Positions 14,509-22,021 of a DNA stretch of 32,000 nt are shown here, piece after piece. How positions within the stretch are numbered: position 1 is the stretch's first letter; each line of letters starts with the position of its first letter. This DNA comes from Mucisphaera calidilacus (GTDB lineage Bacteria > Planctomycetota > Phycisphaerae > Phycisphaerales > Phycisphaeraceae), in NCBI RefSeq assembly GCF_007748075.1, contig NZ_CP036280.1:1680001-1712000 (forward strand), in the 5' to 3' direction. A model generated the notes under the pieces. That model had not been told where the DNA came from. It searched no databases and saw only the letters and a program-made list of their open reading frames with translations. The position numbers and the translations under genes were made by a program.

Positions 14509-16563
14509 CTACGGACGCCCGGCCGCATCGGCCTCGCCCATGCTCGCATCTTCAACACGCACACGCCGGCAGGAAGGGTCGACGATCACCGGCCCCTCAC
14601 CATTCACGACATCCGGCGCTGCCGCATCATATTGATTGTCACGAACAACACTGTCACGCATACTGAACAGACGCACGCTGAAACCCGTGGTGTTCACAAA
14701 ACGATTACCCGCGATCTCGATATCCGCGATGTAAGGCGGGCCGTAGTGATAACGCTCACCCGGATAATCCACCGTCGCATTGATGCCGTGCGTCGCCTCA
14801 AAGGTATTGTCAATCATCCGCACGTTACGCGGCGCATACGCCTCCTGCCACGTCAGCCGCATCAGCAGCGAGACCGCCACGCCCGCATTCCGATCAAAAT
14901 GATTCCCCGCCACAAGACCGTTCGACGCCTTGAGCTTGATCCCGTTCACCGAGTTCTCGCCCAGCACCGAATCACGCATCACAAACCCGTCGCACTTCGT
15001 CTGCAGATTCGCCACCATCACCTCAAGCGGCTCGTCCGGAGCGCACATGTAAAACTCCATGTTGGAGAACACCGCGTGCGTCTTGCCCAACGACTCACGC
15101 GTCCGCAGCACCGGAAGCGGGCCGTCCAGCTTCACGCCCACCCGACGAAACCCACGCCACGTCCGCTCAGACACACCCGTGATCACCGGCGTGCCAACCG
15201 TCCCTCCCGTCATCGGATCGATCACCGCGAGCTGATCACCCACACGGAAGTGCCGACGGTCCGGCTGCCAGTTCACCGAACGATCCGACGGATCAAACGC
15301 ACTGTCCAGCACAAGCTCCGTCGCCGACGGCTGATCGTCGACCGACACCGCCTTGCAATACAGGTTCGACGAGTCGTCAAAATTACGGAGGATCCGGCAA
15401 TCCTGAATCCACGGCCCCACGCGCTGGGAGATGATGTGCAGACCGTCCGCGTTCGAGATCGCCAGCCGATCCGTCCCCGGCTTCGGCTCGCACACACAAC
15501 CGAGCAGCCGAACGTCGGTGTCCGCCGTTAACTGCCACGTGTGCGTCCACGCCGCATACACCGCGACACGCTCGAACGTCAGACGCGTGTTCCCCGCCGT
15601 CCACACCGCAGGCTGATGCCCCGGCACATTGCGACTCTGAATCGTCAGCGGATGACCCGGCCGGAACGTCTCCGGCAGATCTCGACCCGTCTCCCACGCC
15701 TGCTTCTTCCCGTGAAGAACAAAACGTTCTTCATCCAGCGGCTCAACCCGGGCCACGGTGAACCCGCCATGCCCCAGCACACGCCCCGTCTCCGGGCAGT
15801 GCGGCTTGGCACCGACATGCACCGCAAACACCGTCGGATCGCCGCCGACATCAAACGGAAAACCGGTCGGCGAAGGCCAACCCGCCTGACGACGCCACGT
15901 CACACTGAAGTCCTCAGGATGAATCGACTCGATCACGCCCTGCGTGAAAGGCAGCGGGTCGAAATCAAGACTCAGGTCAGCAACACGCACGTCCGCACAA
16001 TCCTCGATACGCAGCAGCGTGCCGATCTCCGTGCCCACCAACTCGGTCCTGCCGATGCCCTCGCCACGGATCGTGACGTCCTTCAACCCCTCCAGCAGCA
16101 GGTGCGTCCGACGAGGCGTGCCCCCAAAGCCATCAATCCGGTACGTGCCCGCCGGCAGCAATAATTCAGCCCCAGGCCCCGCCTCCGCCAGAGAGGCAAC
16201 AGCCCGGCGAAGGGCCGGGCCGTCGTCGTGGAGGTTGTCACCAACAGCGCCGAAATCACGCACGTTCAGCGTGACTGTCGGCCCGCCGATCTCGACCTCC
16301 CGAAGCGCCGCCCGTATCGCCGCTTCCAGGTTCTCACGGATCACCGCGTACTCACGCGGCCGAATCGAAGCCTCCATCGACGCCAGCGGCTCATCCGACC
16401 GGCCGTCATGACCCGCGATCAAACCCTCAAGCCGATTCAGGATGCTGACCTGATCCTCAAAATAAGGGACGGCGGGGTGACCTTCTTCGCGGATCCGTTC
16501 AAAGGCGCCAACAATCTCAGCAGACATCGGGACCGGTAGCGTCGACATACTCATACAACTCAT
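14509..16563 (-). CDS. Cytoplasmic right-handed beta-helix protein (Pectate_lyase_3-like N-terminal beta-helix signature)
   Basis: The segment LNVRDFGAVGDNLHDDGPALRRAVASL...LLLPAGTYRI is the classic start of tailspike/GH28/GH55-type beta-helices. No signal peptide is present. I placed the start at 16563 (MSCMSMSTLPV) because the longer track ORF, which reaches 16845, overlaps the upstream gene. The start is uncertain by a few codons. Confidence 0.65.
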   Translation of the reverse strand: MSCMSMSTLPVPMSAEIVGAFERIREEGHPAVPYFEDQVSILNRLEGLIAGHDGRSDEPLASMEASIRPREYAVIRENLEAAIRAALREVEIGGPTVTLNVRDFGAVGDNLHDDGPALRRAVASLAEAGPGAELLLPAGTYRIDGFGGTPRRTHLLLEGLKDVTIRGEGIGRTELVGTEIGTLLRIEDCADVRVADLSLDFDPLPFTQGVIESIHPEDFSVTWRRQAGWPSPTGFPFDVGGDPTVFAVHVGAKPHCPETGRVLGHGGFTVARVEPLDEERFVLHGKKQAWETGRDLPETFRPGHPLTIQSRNVPGHQPAVWTAGNTRLTFERVAVYAAWTHTWQLTADTDVRLLGCVCEPKPGTDRLAISNADGLHIISQRVGPWIQDCRILRNFDDSSNLYCKAVSVDDQPSATELVLDSAFDPSDRSVNWQPDRRHFRVGDQLAVIDPMTGGTVGTPVITGVSERTWRGFRRVGVKLDGPLPVLRTRESLGKTHAVFSNMEFYMCAPDEPLEVMVANLQTKCDGFVMRDSVLGENSVNGIKLKASNGLVAGNHFDRNAGVAVSLLMRLTWQEAYAPRNVRMIDNTFEATHGINATVDYPGERYHYGPPYIADIEIAGNRFVNTTGFSVRLFSMRDSVVRDNQYDAAAPDVVNGEGPVIVDPSCRRVRVEDASMGEADAAGRP

Positions 16564-16606
16564 TCTGCCTTGAACAGGGACCGTACGCTGTAATTCAGAG
16601 GCGACG

Positions 16607-17431
16607 TCAGCGCTGGGGCCAAAAGACGTCGATCCGCGGGTAGTCGTCTCGGGTGGCATCACGAGGCGGACGACCGTCTCGCGGGCTATCGATGGTGACC
16701 GTCCAGAGGTCGATGGTCTCAGCAACCGTGTCATCTTCGTTGCCGAGCACCTCACGCGCCTTACTCTCGGCGTGACCGTCAAAGAACAAGGCGTTCGTTG
16801 TCTCGCCGGGATGACGGTACGCAACCCCGCCACCGTTCTCTTCATCGATGTACTTATGCCTGTTGTTGAATGTATTCTGGAGCTCGCGTCCCCCTCCTGG
16901 CTCCATGTTGGTGTTGAAGTCGGTGAAGCTCACAGAGTCGGCGGGCGACAGAATCATGTACTTCGGGAAGGCCCGAAAGAATGCACCGCCACCAAATGGA
17001 TAAACGAAACGCAGGTTGGTACTGTTCGGGTAGTAAATATCACCGACGAAGGCGTCATCCGGCCCCAGTTCCTCGGGCTCCGCCGACGGGCAGATAAAAT
17101 CTGAGGGCCACGAATCCCAGGTGGTCGAGTCAACCTTATTGGGAATCAGGTTGCGTTTAAAATCCGGGTTCGTATACCAAAATGTCACGCTGGTGTCATC
17201 GGACATCCTGTAGGCGACAGGAACCGCAAGCTCATCCCAATCCAGGGAGTACGCCGCGTCGGCGATACCAAATTGACGCAGGATGCTCGAGCACTGGATC
17301 TTGCGTGCTGTCGAACGTGCCGCACCGAGCGCCGGCAGCAGAATACCGATCAGCAACGCAATAATCGAAATCACGACCAGGAGCTCGATGAGAGTGAATC
17401 CGCCGAAACGATGAGGGTGTGCGTGTGTCAT
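16607..17431 (-). CDS. Prepilin-type N-terminal cleavage/methylation protein of the DUF1559 family (pseudopilin-like)
   Basis: The protein begins [39 protein letters not shown], which contains the G/FTLIEL prepilin peptidase site. The segment [12 protein letters not shown] follows, and the C-terminal region has [14 protein letters not shown], an H-X9-DG-like motif with spacing 10 here. I chose the ATG at 17431 because GAGG lies 6 nt upstream. Confidence 0.85.
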   Translation of the reverse strand: MTHAHPHRFGGFTLIELLVVISIIALLIGILLPALGAARSTARKIQCSSILRQFGIADAAYSLDWDELAVPVAYRMSDDTSVTFWYTNPDFKRNLIPNKVDSTTWDSWPSDFICPSAEPEELGPDDAFVGDIYYPNSTNLRFVYPFGGGAFFRAFPKYMILSPADSVSFTDFNTNMEPGGGRELQNTFNNRHKYIDEENGGGVAYRHPGETTNALFFDGHAESKAREVLGNEDDTVAETIDLWTVTIDSPRDGRPPRDATRDDYPRIDVFWPQR

Positions 17432-17504
17432 GGCAACCTCTGCAGGGAAAAGGGCTGTTGCGTCCCGGCCATCCGGGGCCTGGGACAACTGGTTTCAAAG
17501 GGCC

Positions 17505-17526
17505 CGGCGGCAATGTCTTGCCGCCG
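17505..17526 (-). terminator. Candidate intrinsic terminator hairpin downstream of the PEP-CTERM gene
   Basis: The stem is a perfect 9 bp, CGGCGGCAA-tgtc-TTGCCGCCG, about 160 nt past the stop at 17683. On the minus strand it is followed only by gggcccTTTgaaa, so the U-tract is weak. Confidence 0.35.
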
Positions 17527-17682
17527 AACCGGGTGTATGTGGGGCTGATCCCCGACGGGCTCAGGCGGGAGGCCGTGTGCCACGCCGACCATCCAATCGA
17601 CGCGACGATGAGCGGAGGAAAGTCTCATCAATCCTCGGACTCACACCGGGCCTCCTCAGGGACAGCACCCGTGGCGAGATCA

Positions 17683-18627
17683 TCAGGCCATCCGCCGTCC
17701 GGCAACCAGAACGCCCAGACCCAGCAGGCTCAGAGCCGCCGGCTCCGGAGCCGCCGCGCCGGAGTCGAAGTTCGACGCCAGGATCGACAGGTCCAGCAGA
17801 TCAACGAATCCGTCCTCGTTGAAATCACCCTCAGCAACCGTGTAAGGCGTCTCAGTACCCTCGAAGTTGCTCGCGAGAATCGACAGGTCAAGCAGATCGA
17901 CCAGGCCGTCGCCGTTCGCGTCGCCGGGAACCGACGTCACCGGAGCGATCTCAACCTGGATACCCTCGACGTAGTAAGCGCGGTAGTCATTCGGATACCA
18001 GTCGAAGAAGATCAGTTCCGTGCCGGTCGGGATGAGGAGGTCTCCGACCGTGAACTCGTCGACACTGGCGTTGTCATTCGCGCCAACGTTGATGCCATCG
18101 GGATCAAGGTTGCCCACGTAGCTGTAGCCTTCGGGCGCAGGATCAATCCGAACACCATTATCGTAGTACTCAATCGCCGCACCCGAGTTCACATACGTCT
18201 CGATGTCGCCAACACGGAAAGCCGCACCGTCAAGACCACTGCCGACAAAGCGGTAGTCCACAAACTTGAGCAGAACGTCCTGATCGAACGTCAGACGCAG
18301 CTCCTCGTAACCCGCGATCTGGCGGTCAGCGGGCGCGCCGGCCGTGCTGCCCGTGCCCTTGCCCGACACGCCGATGCCCGTGGCGTCCCAGGGCTTGTCG
18401 GCCACACTGCCGTTGGCACTGCTGATGACCTCGGGAACATCATTCCCCTCATCATCTTCGTCAAACGCAGCGATGGTCAGCGTAACGCCGCCCTCCACCA
18501 GCACCAGAGCGTCCGTGGTCGTCGGGTCCGCATCCAGAGCAAAACTGAAATCAATCACAGCGGAAGCAGTCTGGGTCGATGCAAGCAGTGCACCGGCAAC
18601 GAGCGAAGCAGTTGTGAAGCGTGACAT
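17683..18627 (-). CDS. Surface protein with an unknown N-terminal domain, a dockerin-type repeat pair and a PEP-CTERM sorting signal
   Basis: The ATG at 18627 is preceded by a perfect AGGAGG. The signal peptide is MSRFTTASLVAGALLASTQTASA. A domain of about 210 aa follows in which I recognise no motif. The tail reads GDANGDGLVDLLDLSILASNF...GDFNEDGFVDLLDLSILASNF followed by APEPAALSLLGLGVLVAGRRMA. Confidence 0.8.
   Translation of the reverse strand: MSRFTTASLVAGALLASTQTASAVIDFSFALDADPTTTDALVLVEGGVTLTIAAFDEDDEGNDVPEVISSANGSVADKPWDATGIGVSGKGTGSTAGAPADRQIAGYEELRLTFDQDVLLKFVDYRFVGSGLDGAAFRVGDIETYVNSGAAIEYYDNGVRIDPAPEGYSYVGNLDPDGINVGANDNASVDEFTVGDLLIPTGTELIFFDWYPNDYRAYYVEGIQVEIAPVTSVPGDANGDGLVDLLDLSILASNFEGTETPYTVAEGDFNEDGFVDLLDLSILASNFDSGAAAPEPAALSLLGLGVLVAGRRMA
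17686..17925 (-). repeat. Domain-level module: dockerin-type repeat pair (17767-17925) plus canonical PEP-CTERM tail (17686-17751)
   Basis: The pair is GDANGDGLVDLLDLSILASNF and GDFNEDGFVDLLDLSILASNF. The tail is PEP, then ALSLLGLGVLVAG, then RR. Confidence 0.8.
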
Positions 18628-18668
18628 GAACGATCCTCCTAATGTGAAAAGAAACCATCGAAACACAA

Positions 18669-18684
18669 GCGGCCAGACAGCCGC
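18669..18684 (-). terminator. Candidate weak terminator or attenuator between lacI and the PEP-CTERM gene
   Basis: The stem GCGGC-cagaca-GCCGC is 5 bp. On the minus strand it is followed by the T-rich run TTGTGTTTCGATGGTTTCTTTT. It lies 14 nt after the lacI stop. Confidence 0.3.
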
Positions 18685-18697
18685 GAAACATCAGTCA

Positions 18698-19783
18698 TCA
18701 GGCCGGCAGGCCCGTCGAATCACGGATGATCAGCGAAGGCTGGAACAGGCTGCTCCGCTCCCTCTCAACCTCGACGAAAGACATCATCCCCGCCGGATCA
18801 TCACCATCACCGCGAATACCCAACTGCTGGAGCAGACGGTGAACCGCCAGACGCCCCATCTCCGCCGCGGGCACACGAACCGAAGTCAGCGGCGGACAGG
18901 TCCGCTCCGACGTCTCCAGATCGTTGAAGCCGACAACACTCAGCATGTTGGGAACCCGGATCTGACGCCGGTAACAATCACGCAGCACGCCGTAAGCAAC
19001 ATTGTCGTCGTAGCAGATCACCGCCGTAGGCGGGGGCGTGTCGCTGTTGACCTTACGGGCGAACGCACGCTGCAACTCTGGCAACTGATCGTCGTCACGC
19101 AACTCGATCACAGGCAGCTCGGGATTCAGACCGGCATCACGCCTCGCCTGACGAACACCCTCCTGACGCTGCTCGTAACTGTAATGCCGGCTGTGCTCAT
19201 ACTTGGGACGCACGAACCAGAAGTCGGTGTGCCCCAGCCCCACAAGATGCTCCGCCGCGACGCGACCCGCAGCCCGCTCATCGTTCAACACCTTCGGCAG
19301 CGAGACCTCAGCGTCAACGTTGACCAGCACCACGGGAACCTTCAACTCATCAACCACGCCCTCAAGGCCCAGCGGGATCGGCTGCATCACGATGCAACCG
19401 TCAACCCTGCGGTCGGCCAGCTTGTGCGACCAGGTACTCGGCTCGCCCGGCGCGGGCATCAGAATCAGGTCGTGATCGTCACGCTCCAACTCCCCCGCAA
19501 TCTCCGTAACCAACGAGCTGTAGGCACCGTCGAAGTACGGAACGTTCATGCCGTACAGCAGACCGATGCAACGCGTCCGCTTGCTCGCGAACGACTGAGC
19601 CCTGCGGTTCGGGCGGTAGCCCAGATCGACCGCGGCCTGATTGATCCGCTCCAGCGTGCTCTTGGCCACCGGGCCCGACCCGGAAAACGCGCGGTAGACC
19701 GTGACGTGCGTGACACCCGCCGCCTTCGCCACGTCATAGATCGTCGCTCGTTCAGGCTGAGGCTGGGTGGTGACGTTAGGCAT
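18698..19783 (-). CDS. LacI/GalR-family transcriptional regulator
   Basis: The 361-aa product has the N-terminal HTH TIYDVAKAAGVTHVTVYRAFSG...LGYRPNRRAQSF. A periplasmic-binding-protein-like sugar-sensor fold follows, with the segments IGLLY, AVICYDDNVAYGVL and SVVGFND. Confidence 0.9.
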   Translation of the reverse strand: MPNVTTQPQPERATIYDVAKAAGVTHVTVYRAFSGSGPVAKSTLERINQAAVDLGYRPNRRAQSFASKRTRCIGLLYGMNVPYFDGAYSSLVTEIAGELERDDHDLILMPAPGEPSTWSHKLADRRVDGCIVMQPIPLGLEGVVDELKVPVVLVNVDAEVSLPKVLNDERAAGRVAAEHLVGLGHTDFWFVRPKYEHSRHYSYEQRQEGVRQARRDAGLNPELPVIELRDDDQLPELQRAFARKVNSDTPPPTAVICYDDNVAYGVLRDCYRRQIRVPNMLSVVGFNDLETSERTCPPLTSVRVPAAEMGRLAVHRLLQQLGIRGDGDDPAGMMSFVEVERERSSLFQPSLIIRDSTGLPA

Positions 19784-19874
19784 GACTGATGTTCACTCAG
19801 GGCGTTAGAGCCATCCGAATCAAAGACGCACACAAACGAAACATCCGAAGCAGTCAGACACAAGACAAGAGTCA

Positions 19875-19888
19875 CTTCATGAATGAAG
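19875..19888. promoter_or_regulatory. Inverted repeat CTTCAT-GA-ATGAAG abutting the candidate -10 (possible operator)
   Basis: The two 6-nt arms are perfect reverse complements separated by 2 nt. The repeat starts directly after the TACATT hexamer on the minus strand, so it covers the expected transcription start. It does not match the classical CG-centred LacI operator consensus. Confidence 0.3.
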
Positions 19889-19916
19889 AATGTAACCGAG
19901 AACATAGCCGTGTCAA
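19889..19916 (-). promoter_or_regulatory. Candidate sigma70-type promoter of the lacI-led operon
   Basis: The minus strand reads TTGACA (19916-19911), a 16-nt spacer, then TACATT (19894-19889). This lies about 105 nt upstream of the lacI ATG, in the only A/T-rich stretch near it. Planctomycete promoter rules are poorly known. Confidence 0.35.
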
Positions 19917-20047
19917 GCAGCGTTTCGTACAAATCAGAAAATACCGCAAAGCCGCAAAACCCCCAGCCCGACAGCCTCATCCAGGCCTGCATCGGGTCGA
20001 CCCCAAGACCGTCAATCCCGGCCACAGAGCCGTATACACCGCTCTAG

Positions 20048-20112
20048 CCCCAAAAACAGCCATTTTGCCCCACTCTGGCCCACTTCTCCCCACTTTTCCC
20101 CATTCGGCCCAT
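20048..20112. repeat. 10-bp-phased tandem array, CCCCA on the plus strand and TGGGG on the minus strand
   Basis: Consecutive 10-mers are cattttgccc, cactctggcc, cacttctccc, cacttttccc and cattcggccc (20061-20110). Further CCCCA/CCCA junctions occur at 20048-20052 and 20108-20111. Confidence 0.8.
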
Positions 20113-20314
20113 AAGCGATCAGTTTCGGATCAACATCTCTCGCCCCAACAAGAACCACGCTCATATCCGTATTTGAACGTAGGGGTATTCCCGAGTCGGC
20201 CGACGCAACACAGCCGGCAAGCGATCCGCGATCACTCGAACCACCCATGTAACCCCCCGATATGACGCACCTTAATGTTCTCAGTTACATCTGTGCGCAC
20301 ACAGACGGCCTGCC

Positions 20315-22021
20315 TCAATCCGCCTCTAGTGGCAGAACGTAAACCGTCACCGATCGGGCCGGCACCACGTCCCCGAAACGATCTTCATGATCTACAACCA
20401 CATCATCATCAAGGATTTGCGCTGCATCGGTCTCCGCCAGCGGCTCCTCGTTCGCCACCATCCGACGCAGCACCGCCGACCCGCGACGCAGCACCAGGCC
20501 ATCCAGCCGCCAGACCACCTCCAGAGCCACATCGAATGAACGATTAATCACATGAATATAGAGATTTTCATCATCACGGGTTACAACCGAATCAATCAGA
20601 GCCAGCGACGGCTGCATACGGATCTTGTTCACGTGCAGGTCCTGCGTCACCTGCGGAATCTCGCTCACCGCCCGGGTCTCCAGGCGACGGTCGCCGTGGT
20701 TTCGACTGTAAAGCGATGTAGCTAAAGCCGTTGGGTGAATCCACGACTTACCCGTCTCAAGATCCATGAAGACACCCGAGAGCTGCCAGCTCACACCAAG
20801 CATCATCGACTGAGTCGCAAAGTCGATGTCGCCGCCCTGTCGCATCATGCCGTGCAGATAGCCGGCGGCGCCAAGCCCCCTGCCAAGAAAGCAAAGCGGC
20901 ACATCTATTTCCGTTCCCTTGCCCCAGCCGTTCCAGTTCCACTCGGTCAGCACCACGCCGTAGCCGGCCTTCTGGATCTCCGCGATCTTCTCGGGCTGGA
21001 TCGCAAGTGTTTGCCCCTCCGAATCATAGAACGATGGCATCGTCACCCAGCTGTACCAGAGTCGGATCAGCCCGACGTCCTCCGCCTCGACCTCGGTGGC
21101 TCCGCCATCCGTGCTGAGCGTGCGGATCCGCCAGGGCTGGTAGTGATGAACCGTCAGCCGGTCCACGCGCTGGGCCACACGCGGGTCCGACCACACCCGG
21201 CGGGCCATGTCCTTGTCGCGCATACCGTGGTCCAGGATGATCCTGATGTCCGGGTCGACGGCGCGCATCGCGTCGGCGTAGACGACCACGGCGTCGGCGA
21301 TCCGATCGCCCATGGCATCGATCTCCGCGCGGGAGGGGTCCGTTGCGAAGAACCTGCGGAGGAATACGAAGATCTCGTTGCCGATCTGCCAGTGCTTCAC
21401 GCGGTAGGGTTCGTGCCGTCCGTTGGCGGCGCGGATGGCGGGCCAGTCGATCATGCCCTGGGGTAACTGCTGCCCGAGCGGGGTGTTGCAGTAGGCGACC
21501 TGTCCCGCGGCGTGTCGTGCCGCGGTCTCCAGATCGACGCCGCCGAGCACGCCGTCGTAGAGGTTGACCACGAGCATCGGTTCCCATCCAAGTTGTTCGC
21601 TGAGTCGGAAAAACTCGTCGTAGCCGAAGCGGTTGTTGAGCGGCTGGCTGGCGGGGTTGTCCTGTGGGGTGACGACGGGCCGTGCGGGGAGGCCGCGTGG
21701 CGGGGCGCGGTCGATGCGGTGGGTCCAGTCGGTGTAGGGGATGTCGCCTCCGCCGGGGAAGCGGACGAGGGGCGCGTTGAGCAAGTCGAGTTTCTCGATG
21801 ATTTCGTTGGGTAATTCGCCGGTTTCGGGGTCGGCGATGGCGTCGGGTCCGGGCTCGCCCCAGCTGGCGATTTCCATGAAGTGGCCGAAGAGTCTCGGGT
21901 CGATGCGGTTGAGGGTGTGGTCGGTGACCTGAAACTCGACGCGTTGCGCGCAGCCGACTGAGGTCAGCAGGAGCGTGAGCGCGATGATGAGAAGCGGGCT
22001 GATGATGGGGTTTCGATTCAT
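20315..22021 (-). CDS. Lipoprotein glycoside hydrolase, clan GH-A, GH51-like (alpha-L-arabinofuranosidase-like)
   Basis: The 568-aa product has a lipobox-type signal LLLTSVGCAQ. The segments RIDPRLFGHFMEI, LVRFPGGG, NRFGYDEFFRLSEQLGWEPMLVVN, VAYCN and HWQIGNEIF follow the order of GH51 signature blocks, with the GNE acid/base region last. The family call is by eye only. Confidence 0.55.
   Translation of the reverse strand: MNRNPIISPLLIIALTLLLTSVGCAQRVEFQVTDHTLNRIDPRLFGHFMEIASWGEPGPDAIADPETGELPNEIIEKLDLLNAPLVRFPGGGDIPYTDWTHRIDRAPPRGLPARPVVTPQDNPASQPLNNRFGYDEFFRLSEQLGWEPMLVVNLYDGVLGGVDLETAARHAAGQVAYCNTPLGQQLPQGMIDWPAIRAANGRHEPYRVKHWQIGNEIFVFLRRFFATDPSRAEIDAMGDRIADAVVVYADAMRAVDPDIRIILDHGMRDKDMARRVWSDPRVAQRVDRLTVHHYQPWRIRTLSTDGGATEVEAEDVGLIRLWYSWVTMPSFYDSEGQTLAIQPEKIAEIQKAGYGVVLTEWNWNGWGKGTEIDVPLCFLGRGLGAAGYLHGMMRQGGDIDFATQSMMLGVSWQLSGVFMDLETGKSWIHPTALATSLYSRNHGDRRLETRAVSEIPQVTQDLHVNKIRMQPSLALIDSVVTRDDENLYIHVINRSFDVALEVVWRLDGLVLRRGSAVLRRMVANEEPLAETDAAQILDDDVVVDHEDRFGDVVPARSVTVYVLPLEAD

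Noticed and set aside
12226-19789. Plus-strand ORFs 12226-13452, 13482-14666, 14632-15531, 15541-16164, 17419-18624 and 18344-19789
   Set aside because: All are antisense to well-supported minus-strand genes. Their composition is Arg/His/Pro-rich and no domains are recognisable.
20048-20112. Possible CRISPR or minisatellite reading of the tandem repeats
   Set aside because: The units are only 10 bp, degenerate and contiguous, with no spacers. No cas genes are in the window. I kept it as a phased regulatory or structural repeat instead.
20233-20241. tRNA-like T-loop string GGTTCGAGT on the minus strand
   Set aside because: The flanking bases cannot form the 5-bp T-stem, and I could build no acceptor or anticodon arms. 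It is not a tRNA.
19789-20265. ORFs inside the long intergenic gap: 158 aa on the plus strand, 78 aa on the minus strand at 20012-20248, and 159 aa on the minus strand at 19546-20025
   Set aside because: The translations are low-complexity, no convincing ribosome-binding site or motif is present, and one of them runs out of frame into lacI. A small protein cannot be strictly excluded without expression data.
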